From Candidatus Altiarchaeota archaeon (lineage in GTDB: Archaea > Altiarchaeota > Altiarchaeia > IMC4 > QMZM01): a DNA stretch of 63,295 bases. Each line of letters starts with the position of its first letter. The stretch's first letter is position 1. The stretch covers positions 1-63,295 of the forward strand of contig JAFGDV010000024.1 of NCBI GenBank assembly GCA_016931955.1, in the 5' to 3' direction. Below the pieces are notes generated by a model. The model was not told the origin of the DNA. It saw only the letters and a program-made list of their open reading frames with translations, and did not search any database. The position numbers and the translations under genes are program-made. This document shows, piece by piece, positions 17,567-25,974 of the stretch.

Positions 17567-18478
17567 TCATGACACACCCCCAACCCTCTTTAACACGACA
17601 TAAAAGACCACACCAGGAAGAGACAACAACAAACACAAAAAAAACACAAACGGAGTCAACAAAAAACCAGAAAAGAAGACCAAGAGCAATAAAAGCTCCC
17701 AGGCAAAGACCCTACCCATGCCAGAATACATCAAAGCCTGAACCACCAATCGATAGGGTGGAAGCCCCTCAGAATGCGGGAAAAATAACCCAACAACAAC
17801 AAAGAAGCCGATCAAAAAACCGAATACGAGAAGAGACCCCAAAAAATACCCTATGTTATCGTATCTAGACTTCAGATAAACAAAAAAAGCTGAGGGGACA
17901 AGCAAGAAAACAAAGAAAAATACGGGATGCACATATTGCATGAAAAACAACGAGAGGATAAGGAGAAAAAGGCCGAAAACGCCCACACAGAGGCTCCTAG
18001 ATACTACTTCATCCCTCTCTCGACTCCACTTTATTCTCTCCTCAAGGATCCTTCTCCCCCCAGCATTCCGTCTCAACAAAAGCCATAAAAAGAAGTAGAA
18101 GACTGGGAGGGACTCAACAAAGACAACAAAACCCAGGACCAGTGTCCCCATAACAACGTGGAGCGCATATCTTAGGACATAAAGCAATGCGAAGAAAGGG
18201 CTCAGGGAACCTGTTCCCTCGATTTTGAAAAACAGTATAGTGCCTGTAAGCTCATACTGGCTGGGGAAGAAACCAGTCAAAGCAGAATAGAAAAAACCAA
18301 ACAAAAAACAAAGAAAGAAAAGACGTCTGCTGGTTACCTTATATAATAGACCATAGACGGCAACCAATAAAGCCACGGTATAGTAGCCAAACAATAGGGG
18401 ATAGGACAAAACAAATACAGTGAAGGTAACACCCAACATAAAAGCAAAAAACACATCCCTCAAATTATTTTTTTCCAT
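17567..18478 (-). CDS. Highly hydrophobic multi-pass membrane protein; candidate partner/immunity of the upstream gene
   Basis: ~9 hydrophobic segments; GGGGGA RBS; follows 18546-21611. Confidence 0.7.
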   Translation of the reverse strand: MEKNNLRDVFFAFMLGVTFTVFVLSYPLLFGYYTVALLVAVYGLLYKVTSRRLFFLCFLFGFFYSALTGFFPSQYELTGTILFFKIEGTGSLSPFFALLYVLRYALHVVMGTLVLGFVVFVESLPVFYFFLWLLLRRNAGGRRILEERIKWSRERDEVVSRSLCVGVFGLFLLILSLFFMQYVHPVFFFVFLLVPSAFFVYLKSRYDNIGYFLGSLLVFGFLIGFFVVVGLFFPHSEGLPPYRLVVQALMYSGMGRVFAWELLLLLVFFSGFLLTPFVFFLCLLLSLPGVVFYVVLKRVGGVS

Positions 18479-18545
18479 TCTATCCCCCTACAAACCAGGA
18501 TACCGTCTCACTAAACACGATTCCAACCATTTTAAATCAAAATCT

Positions 18546-21500
18546 CTATAGTAAAGTATCAAGACCCAAGGATTTAAACACACCATAGATCAGATTTGAG
18601 GCATTCCCAACACAGTCACCGACAAACTCAAAAACCGGCAACCAAATAGGCGTATCCTCGGTCACAGTCTCCACCTTCTCACAGACTAATTCGCCTTCAG
18701 GACAACCAGTGGAGGTATAAAACTCCGACGTCCTGCTGACTTCAGAGTCCAAAGGTTTACTATACTGGTAGGAGTCCTTTCTCATGAATTCATTGGACAA
18801 TGCGGGGTCGTCTAAGCATATGGTCAAGTAGTCGGAACTCAGGAGGGTTCTCTGATCCTCGGGGACGACCTTGGAGAATTTATTGACTAAGTAGTCCAGA
18901 CACCACTGATTCACTTTATTGTCTGGAGTTGAGGCGCCATTTAACAGACCCACAGCAGCGGGGATAAGCCGGAACTCTAACCCATCGAAGCCCTTAGATA
19001 ATCCAATAGCGTTCCCAGTACTTGAAACATCCTTCTCGGCCTCATACTCCAGAAGCTCAAGCATGTGGTTGAGTTCAGGGTAATATGTTAAACGCCTGGA
19101 GCCGTCCTCGAGAACCTCCTTCTCCAACAAAGGCGCATCAACGTTAACGTATAAGCCAGCACCCAGATCCCGGACACAATACTTACCCAGACAAAGCTCC
19201 TTCACATATGCTCCAACGTTAACGTCAAATTCTTCTCCAAGCTCGAACTCCTCTCCCTGGTTCCAGAAGTAGATGCCAGGACGGCCTTCAACGCTGATTT
19301 CTCCTACATCCTTGAACTTCTTACTGGCTGCGAAAGGCAGGAGATTCAATTCAACGTCCCAGTTACCGTCCTCAAGAGAGAAGCCAAGAAGGGGAAGAGA
19401 ATTGCTTTGCGGGCCAGCATTCGGCTTCTCTGCATTATTAGCAGCATTCAGTGAATAAAACAGGTTAACCGGCTGATTCACCGGCTCCCAGTTACCTGCC
19501 CCACTAGCACTTAGTGAATCTTCGTCGACCCGGACATTGTGGCTGCCGTAGAAAGCCTCCAATATTCTATTACCGAAATCGAGACTGAAGCCGGTGAGGT
19601 TCCCATAGGATAAGTTCAGTAGACTTTTCCCGTAATCCAGGACCCCATTGAAGCCGTTATGGTAGCCCTCAACCGTCTCAGCCTGGGAATCCCAGACAAC
19701 ACCGGAATCGCTGCCATACTTGAGGTTCGCGACACTGTTATTGTAGTCCAGGCTGCCGAAGAAGTTGCCATAAGAGCCCTCAATATTCCCTTCAGCATAG
19801 CTCCAGACAAGGCTAGAATCATTACCATAATTGAGATTCGCTACACTATTGTTGTAGTCCAAACCAAACATGAAATCACTGTAGGATCCTTCCAGATTTT
19901 TTCCGCCGTAGTCCCAGACCAGGCTGGAACTGTTCCCAAAACTCAAGCCCATGACGCTGCTGTTGTAGTCCAAGCCCAAGGTGAAGCTCCCATAGGAACC
20001 AGTAACAGCCTTGTCTTTGTAGTTCCACATCAATGCACCCTCGGCGGGAACATACACGCCCAAAACACCAGTATTCAGGTCTATGACTGGTATAATACCT
20101 CCTTGACCGCCTTCCCCGGCTATGACAGGGTCTATAGAGGAGGCAACACACACTCCTAGGGGATCATATACTATACCAGGGCTGTCCTGAGCAGGGATTG
20201 CGGCATTCGGCTGCGTTGGAGCGGGTTCAGGCGGCTGTTCTCTCCGGTATTCTTCAACAGCCTCCTTTATGTCTATCTCTGGCTTATAGTATTCTCTTGT
20301 TAATTCGGCAACAGCCTTCTGGTGGGTTAAGGCCTGGAACTCTTGGAAACCGTTGGCGAGGAATAAGTCGATCTCCTGGCATCTGGCTTCCGCCTTCTCC
20401 AGGGTGCGCTGCCACTTCATCTTCCAGGCGGCGTCCCTGGCCTCCTCGCACCAGGCGTCGATCTTCTCCTTGAATTCCCGGAAGATGGTTTGGTCGTAGA
20501 GCCTCCGGTATTCATTCAAGAGATTCTTTTGCAGCCTGTTCGCCTTATCCCTGAGCTGCTGACTCCAGCGCCTCTTCCTGTCCCTCATCATCAGCTTCTC
20601 CTTCTCTAAGGCTTCCCTCTCCCTCATCTCTAATTCAAGCTTCACGCTCTCCGGGACCAAGACATCAAAGGCCTGTTCGTCAACATTCAATGAATAGTCC
20701 TCGAAGAGCTTCTCTGATTTTTCCCTGAATTCCCTGAAATAGTTTTCATAGAGTTTCTCGTGGTATTTATTCCATGACCCGCCTCTTCCATTTTGCTCCT
20801 TCAAGTATTCATCCCTTAACTGGTTCAGTTCTTCCCTGAAACCCATGTAAGTGGACTCCAGAAGCTCTTTAGCGTAGTCGACTGCGTCCCAGCCAAGTCT
20901 CCCCAGGTTATCCCTCACATAGTAGTGTATTTTATCCATCAAGGCAGTGAATTCATTGTATGCCTTCTCAGATTTCTTGATGAAGCGACGGTAGGCTTCC
21001 TCTGGAGTAATACCCCTGAGCACGCTGTTGGAGAAGAAATAGGTCCTATCATCCATCTTGAAGCCCTCATCTGGGCTGAAATCAAGCTTCAATAGGTTAT
21101 CCTTCCAGGACTCAAGGATTCCAATAGTATTCTTCACCTCCCTTATCTCGGACAAGACCTTATCGTAGGCCCCCTCCACGGCCTTCAGCGGTCGAGAGCT
21201 GCTGTGACCATTCCTCCTAGCACGCCTCTTCTCATTGATCACCCTAAGCCTGCAGACTTCCGCCTGCTTCTCCAGCTCAGCCAGCCTATTCCTCGCAGAA
21301 TCCAGCATAGAAGAATACCTATTAACTGACTCGCTCTCTAATTTCTTGGCTGGAGCCTCCTCTGCAGGAGATTCCTCAACCTCACTGAACAGGCTTTTAG
21401 GATCCTTCTTCAAGCCCATGACTATGAAGAACACCCCCAACGCAACACCTGATGAAGCCAATGGAAGAGACGGTATTGGAATAGACTGCTGCGGCAGTGA

Positions 21501-21611
21501 GCCCTCTTCGTGAGTCTGATACTCGCCCCCTGATTCAGGCTCTATCGGAATAGCCGAAGCCACGGATATCAATACAAACAACGCTGTCACATAAAACCAT
21601 CTGTTCTCCAT
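18546..21611 (-). CDS. Large signal-peptide/coiled-coil protein with 37-aa beta repeats; paralogue of 25975-28953
   Basis: Signal peptide ..SVASA|IPIEP; shared N-terminal blocks; likely start MENRW. Confidence 0.8.
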   Translation of the reverse strand: MENRWFYVTALFVLISVASAIPIEPESGGEYQTHEEGSLPQQSIPIPSLPLASSGVALGVFFIVMGLKKDPKSLFSEVEESPAEEAPAKKLESESVNRYSSMLDSARNRLAELEKQAEVCRLRVINEKRRARRNGHSSSRPLKAVEGAYDKVLSEIREVKNTIGILESWKDNLLKLDFSPDEGFKMDDRTYFFSNSVLRGITPEEAYRRFIKKSEKAYNEFTALMDKIHYYVRDNLGRLGWDAVDYAKELLESTYMGFREELNQLRDEYLKEQNGRGGSWNKYHEKLYENYFREFREKSEKLFEDYSLNVDEQAFDVLVPESVKLELEMREREALEKEKLMMRDRKRRWSQQLRDKANRLQKNLLNEYRRLYDQTIFREFKEKIDAWCEEARDAAWKMKWQRTLEKAEARCQEIDLFLANGFQEFQALTHQKAVAELTREYYKPEIDIKEAVEEYRREQPPEPAPTQPNAAIPAQDSPGIVYDPLGVCVASSIDPVIAGEGGQGGIIPVIDLNTGVLGVYVPAEGALMWNYKDKAVTGSYGSFTLGLDYNSSVMGLSFGNSSSLVWDYGGKNLEGSYSDFMFGLDYNNSVANLNYGNDSSLVWSYAEGNIEGSYGNFFGSLDYNNSVANLKYGSDSGVVWDSQAETVEGYHNGFNGVLDYGKSLLNLSYGNLTGFSLDFGNRILEAFYGSHNVRVDEDSLSASGAGNWEPVNQPVNLFYSLNAANNAEKPNAGPQSNSLPLLGFSLEDGNWDVELNLLPFAASKKFKDVGEISVEGRPGIYFWNQGEEFELGEEFDVNVGAYVKELCLGKYCVRDLGAGLYVNVDAPLLEKEVLEDGSRRLTYYPELNHMLELLEYEAEKDVSSTGNAIGLSKGFDGLEFRLIPAAVGLLNGASTPDNKVNQWCLDYLVNKFSKVVPEDQRTLLSSDYLTICLDDPALSNEFMRKDSYQYSKPLDSEVSRTSEFYTSTGCPEGELVCEKVETVTEDTPIWLPVFEFVGDCVGNASNLIYGVFKSLGLDTLL
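19520..20035 (-). repeat. 111-nt (37-aa) tandem coding repeat, ~4.5 units
   Basis: GSY/GYH/AFY anchors at 20000, 19889, 19778, 19667, 19556; unit GSYGxFxxxLDYNxSVxxLxYGxxSxLVWxY. Confidence 0.85.
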
Positions 21612-21676
21612 TGGAAACACCTCCGCACAAAAATCTAACATAATATATACTACTTTAGAGTATAAAAAGGGGGCTG

Positions 21677-21719
21677 ATCCAGAAAACAGGAATCAGACCC
21701 TAAACCTTCCCAGAGTTAA
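21677..21719. repeat. Module-junction repeat A
   Basis: ATCCAGAAAACAG shared with 22875; AAAC(C/T)TTCCCAGAGTTAA shared with 24329-24346. Confidence 0.65.
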
Positions 21720-21742
21720 AGATGCACCGCTGACTTTTAATT

Positions 21743-22588
21743 CTATTTTTCCACTTGTTCGGTGTCTTTTATTTTTCCAGTTTTGATGTCGAGGGTGGCG
21801 AGGTTTCCCCCGATCGTTGCGTACACGTTCTCTTCTTTCACCAGCAACATATCCAATCCATCAATATATCGTGCATAGACGTGGTTGGTGACTTCTTGGC
21901 CATCCCATGTCATGTAGGAGAGGGGCTCCGCCCACCAGATGTTGTTACCTTCCAGATCGAAGTAGCCGAAGTTGCTTCGATTCATACGCCGATAATCCTC
22001 TTCAACATACTGTTCCCGATCAAAGAATATGAACAAACCCTTGTCATCTGGATGCTTCTCTATCCGGCTTATACGATGACCTGCAAGATTCTTCCTGAAT
22101 AATTCCTCCCTAGAATTCTCATCCATACAAACCAACACCTCAGGATCCTCCTGACTCCGATAAAAAACTCTGTCACCCACGATAGTATACTTACGCTCAG
22201 CGCAGATCTCCAAATACTTACGCCAATCAGGACCACTGAGTTCATTGACGACGATGCGTATCTGGCTACAGACTGTACGAGTATAAAGTCCATCGTGCTC
22301 CGCGTAGTACTCATCGAGGTCGTCTTTCTTGGATATAGTCCACGTGAATAGACCCTTTGGCCCAAGGAACGGATCCCACCAAGCTTTTATGGTTACGCCA
22401 TGAGGGGACACCGCCTCAAAGACATCCCTCCGCTCTTTCTCAGTCTCCTTGGAGAAATCCCACTCAGGCAGACGATTAAATTTGAGGTCCCAATCCTTTG
22501 GGACCACCACTTTCTGTATCCACTCATCCTTAACTCTGACTTCGCCCACCATTTTTCTGCCACCCATATAGTTATGTGAAGCCTCCAT
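21743..22588 (-). CDS. Hypothetical beta-rich protein, candidate immunity protein
   Basis: C-terminal propeller-like blades (FDLEGNNIWW, LDIKTGKI); lies 10 nt after the orphan toxin-like tip. Confidence 0.6.
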   Translation of the reverse strand: MEASHNYMGGRKMVGEVRVKDEWIQKVVVPKDWDLKFNRLPEWDFSKETEKERRDVFEAVSPHGVTIKAWWDPFLGPKGLFTWTISKKDDLDEYYAEHDGLYTRTVCSQIRIVVNELSGPDWRKYLEICAERKYTIVGDRVFYRSQEDPEVLVCMDENSREELFRKNLAGHRISRIEKHPDDKGLFIFFDREQYVEEDYRRMNRSNFGYFDLEGNNIWWAEPLSYMTWDGQEVTNHVYARYIDGLDMLLVKEENVYATIGGNLATLDIKTGKIKDTEQVEK

Positions 22589-22597
22589 TTTTAACCA

Positions 22598-22867
22598 CTA
22601 AAGCTCCGCCCACTTGTATGTCCCAGGTTGCATAGCCTTAAGCATTTCTGGTGTCAGTCCTTTTACTTCCACTTGCAGGGCTCCACCGGAGGTGCCCCAA
22701 GCCTCTACAGGAGCTGAAACGCCAATATCCGCCTCCAATTCGCTGTGCCCTGACAACCCCGACGCCTTATATATTGAGACCTCCGGGTACTTATATGCCC
22801 CAGCCAACCCCCCAGGCAAACTCGCCTCATCAACAAACCGCGTCTTACCCACCCCGCGCAAAACCAA
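22598..22867 (-). pseudogene. Orphan toxin C-terminal fragment (NAD-consuming ART/TNT-like motif)
   Basis: SAPVEAWGTSGGALQV; no good start; begins next to junction repeat B. Confidence 0.45.
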
Positions 22868-22871
22868 GAAA

Positions 22872-23441
22872 CTAATCCAGAAAACAGAAACTAGACTTCA
22901 AACGCTCATAGGCCTCTAAATACTTGTCGAAGTCGGATTTATCGCAGGAGTAGACGATTTTTAGAGAAATGCTCTCTTTTTTTAGTATACCTTGGACTTC
23001 TTTTATTTGCGTATTCGTTGAGTTGTATTTTGTATACCTCATTAAATTTGAGGTAACTCCGAAAATGCTTGAGGCATTGAATTCTTCCAACTGGCCATCG
23101 TACTCCAATATGTGCTCACTGTATGATTTTTCTCCTGTATCCCCTGCTATGGAGGATACCAAAGTCTTGAATTGGGGGATGTGCGCAGTAGAAGCCTTCG
23201 GTAATTGGAGGACAGACAAACGCGCGTTATACGTTCTTGAACCGTTAAAAGGTCCGACCACATCTACGTTACCGCCCATCTTCTGGATTTCCCAATTGGA
23301 GGGACATTCGAAGGAGAAGTCCCCAAAGTTATTAATGCTATAGTCGACTATTCCGATTATATGCCCCCTCTTTTCAACCGCGGACATGATTGCTGCCTTT
23401 ATCTTTTCTGTTTCATTCATCTTAGACGGGTGGTAAGACAC
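22872..23441 (-). CDS. PsbP/DcrB-like domain protein
   Basis: FSFECPSNWE at domain start; KIVYSCDKSDFDKYLEAYERLKSSF terminal helix. Confidence 0.55.
   Translation of the reverse strand: MSYHPSKMNETEKIKAAIMSAVEKRGHIIGIVDYSINNFGDFSFECPSNWEIQKMGGNVDVVGPFNGSRTYNARLSVLQLPKASTAHIPQFKTLVSSIAGDTGEKSYSEHILEYDGQLEEFNASSIFGVTSNLMRYTKYNSTNTQIKEVQGILKKESISLKIVYSCDKSDFDKYLEAYERLKSSFCFLD
22875..22903. repeat. Module-junction repeat B
   Basis: ATCCAGAAAACAG AAACTAGACTTCAAAC; last 16 nt identical to 24317-24332. Confidence 0.65.
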
Positions 23442-24267
23442 CTAGTGAGCTATAGTATCGTATATAACCCCACATGAGGAGTAGTTCCTGCTTAACACAT
23501 TCCGGATCCTTGAGTTCGCCATTCTCCGCATAGATGAGCCCTAAAACGTCTTTATCGTCGGCTATTTGGATCCCTGTTTCTTTGAGCATAGTCTGCTTGA
23601 AGTCCGCCTCTGCCTTAAATGCGTCATAGGTTAGCTCCATCTTAGCATCCGCAAATTTTCGGCCCGCAGAATAAAAGTCTTTTTCCGCGGTTCGTAGGTA
23701 CTCGTTCCATGCATCAAATATCCTTTGGCGATTTTTAACATAAACACCCATATGCGCCATTATGTCCACAGAGGGGTCCCGCGTCAACTCCCTAATCTTT
23801 GCAGGGATTGTATAGATCAACGGAACCTCCACTTTTTTCTTGAGGATTCCAAATACACCTGGCTTCGCCCCGTCTGTGTCGTATGTAGCTAAAAAATCGC
23901 TTATGCCGTAGCAGAACTTTAGATCAGGTAGCTGGTCAACCCCAGACTTCAGTGCAGTTTCTTTGAAGGATTTAATGCACTCGGCTTCCACTTCTTTCCT
24001 GTTGGCGTTGAGTTTTTGTGGCAGCAGATAAGTCATACCCCTAGATATGATGTCATTTACGATGACAGAGATCTCAATGTAAGACCGTGTCTTACATTTA
24101 GGGCACTCACATACATTAAATTGCTCTTTCTTTATTTTGGAGAGCACATCTTTTGGGGATGCCATGACCGACGCATACAGATTTGCGTCGAATTTCTCGC
24201 CACACGCACAGATTAGAGTGGCTTTGCATATTCTTGTCCTAAGAAATTTCAGGATAGTGGACGGCAG
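23422..24267 (-). CDS. CpXC-domain protein; frame is open 34 codons upstream of the first ATG (24165)
   Basis: ICACGEKFDANLYASV (upstream extension) + FNVCECPKC. Confidence 0.6.
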   Translation of the reverse strand: MPSTILKFLRTRICKATLICACGEKFDANLYASVMASPKDVLSKIKKEQFNVCECPKCKTRSYIEISVIVNDIISRGMTYLLPQKLNANRKEVEAECIKSFKETALKSGVDQLPDLKFCYGISDFLATYDTDGAKPGVFGILKKKVEVPLIYTIPAKIRELTRDPSVDIMAHMGVYVKNRQRIFDAWNEYLRTAEKDFYSAGRKFADAKMELTYDAFKAEADFKQTMLKETGIQIADDKDVLGLIYAENGELKDPECVKQELLLMWGYIRYYSSLGVLPPV

Positions 24268-24316
24268 TTAGATATTACTCTAGAGTAGCATATAAACCAA
24301 AGCCTACACGAAACGA

Positions 24317-24346
24317 AAACTAGACTTCAAACTTTCCCAGAGTTAA
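24317..24346. repeat. Module-junction repeat C (spans stop of 24327-24983)
   Basis: AAACTAGACTTCAAACTTTCCCAGAGTTAA. Confidence 0.65.
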
Positions 24347-24983
24347 CTTTCTTCTTCAGCTTCGGGTCAACTTCCAGCAACGGCTTAAATATGTGAGACA
24401 AAAACTTCTCCGGAGCATCAGGCCTAAGAGCCTCAACTACATAATCCCTCAACTTCTGCCTATCAGCGCCCTCCGGCAAAGACCTATAGTATTTGACCAG
24501 TTCTTCTGCACGATTGTATTCAGGATCATAGCCGTGGCCTTGCCAATCACAAAATCTGTTCTTTGCTAGGATATAATCCCGAACCTCGTTCTTCTCCAAA
24601 GCCACTAACAGGAAATCGCGATTACTGAAAGCGGTTCCTCCCCTAAGAGTATTCAGTCGATGAACCACGTCCCATGCGAACTGACCTTCCTCGTCCAGAA
24701 GCTGCCTAATAAGCCCACGACGCTTACCTATGCCCTCAGGCAACTCTTCCTCATAGAAACCAAAATAGGTTGATGCTGCGGCAGCTCTTTCATATCTCTC
24801 CTTAAGCGCTTTACTTATGTCTCCCCCGAATTTATCATAGTACGTATGCCTCACATCCCCCCCATAGTTCGTTAATTCAATAGAGTATTTGAAGTCTCCT
24901 CTACCTACTATGAAATCCACAAGTTTGTCTTCCTTCAGCGCCTTCTTGAATAGAGTCTTGTCGTCCATTTTAGGTTGGTACAT
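24327..24983 (-). CDS. Candidate immunity protein, paralogue of 25098-25973
   Basis: ALKEDKLVDFIVGRGDF repeated as ALEKNEVRDYILAKNRF; LLEVDPKLK. Confidence 0.65.
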   Translation of the reverse strand: MYQPKMDDKTLFKKALKEDKLVDFIVGRGDFKYSIELTNYGGDVRHTYYDKFGGDISKALKERYERAAAASTYFGFYEEELPEGIGKRRGLIRQLLDEEGQFAWDVVHRLNTLRGGTAFSNRDFLLVALEKNEVRDYILAKNRFCDWQGHGYDPEYNRAEELVKYYRSLPEGADRQKLRDYVVEALRPDAPEKFLSHIFKPLLEVDPKLKKKVNSGKV

Positions 24984-25097
24984 ATGATTTATAAGTTAAC
25001 TTAGTTAAATCCAGTGAATCCTCAAAAATCTACAAGAACTCTCTTATCATCAGCCTCAACGACCTTACCCTTCAAGGCCCCTTAGTTTGCCAGAGGA

Positions 25098-25973
25098 TTA
25101 AACCCGTTTTTTCTTGTGTGCTTCGTCTAGTTTTTTCTGGACCAACTTCCTGTTTTCTAAGTGTTCATAGATCCAATCTCTGTCTTTTCTAGGTAAGTTG
25201 TCTACCTCCTCTTTAAGTTTTGGGTCTTGTTCTAAAAGAGCAGTCACAATATACATCACCACCTTCTTCTCGTCTCCAGTTTTGTGAAGATACTCTACCA
25301 AAAAATCCCTGAGATTACCTCTTTCTGGAGAATCGACTGGGAGCGAGAGGAAATAGTTTTCAACATAAGTTTGCTTTCCGGTATCATAAGAGCCTCCCGC
25401 CCACCTGCTTTGATAATCAGTAAATTTTCCTCTGCCAAGGAGAAAATCAATCAGATTATCTTCTCTAAGCGCCCAGAGAAACAAATCCTCATGAGTTTCA
25501 ACAGTTTCCCCTTTTATCGTTCTTAAATCAACTGCCGCATCTCTAGCAAGCTGACTATGCTCCTCCCTTAAGTTCTTTATCAGGGATTTACGACGGACAA
25601 GACGGTCGCTAACATTGTTTTCATACAAAGACCAAAAATAATCCCCAACGGCAGAAACACGGTCAAAGCGCTCTCTTAAAGCAAGTTGAATTTTCTCATC
25701 AGATATCAAACCTTTCTGAATGCACACCCAATAGGGCGTCACTGACTTAGGATCATAGTTATGGTATACATCCTCATAGTCCACCTCATACCTGAAGGGA
25801 TAATCACCCCGACCTAGTATGAAATCCATTAACTCGTTTTTCTTGTCCGCCTTGGCTGCTTTCTTCTTCAAAGCCGTTTCTTTTTCAGCCTGCAACATAC
25901 CAGGGGTCTTCCTCCCCCCCATCTGAGGTTTCTTTACTTCCTTAAACATTTTAGGTGTTAAATAATTACTCAA
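25098..25973 (-). CDS. Candidate cognate immunity protein
   Basis: Starts directly after the toxin-like gene; KNELMDFILGRGDY / EDNLIDFLLGRGKF internal duplication; LLEQDPKLK. Confidence 0.65.
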   Translation of the reverse strand: MSNYLTPKMFKEVKKPQMGGRKTPGMLQAEKETALKKKAAKADKKNELMDFILGRGDYPFRYEVDYEDVYHNYDPKSVTPYWVCIQKGLISDEKIQLALRERFDRVSAVGDYFWSLYENNVSDRLVRRKSLIKNLREEHSQLARDAAVDLRTIKGETVETHEDLFLWALREDNLIDFLLGRGKFTDYQSRWAGGSYDTGKQTYVENYFLSLPVDSPERGNLRDFLVEYLHKTGDEKKVVMYIVTALLEQDPKLKEEVDNLPRKDRDWIYEHLENRKLVQKKLDEAHKKKRV

Positions 25974-25974
25974 A

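Noticed and set aside
25020-25082. Short minus-strand frame ALKGKVVEADDKRVLVDF* between the immunity paralogues
   Set aside because: Could be a gene-end remnant but is too short to assign
22550-25923. MGGRK peptide shared by two candidate immunity genes
   Set aside because: Five residues with different codons; probably chance
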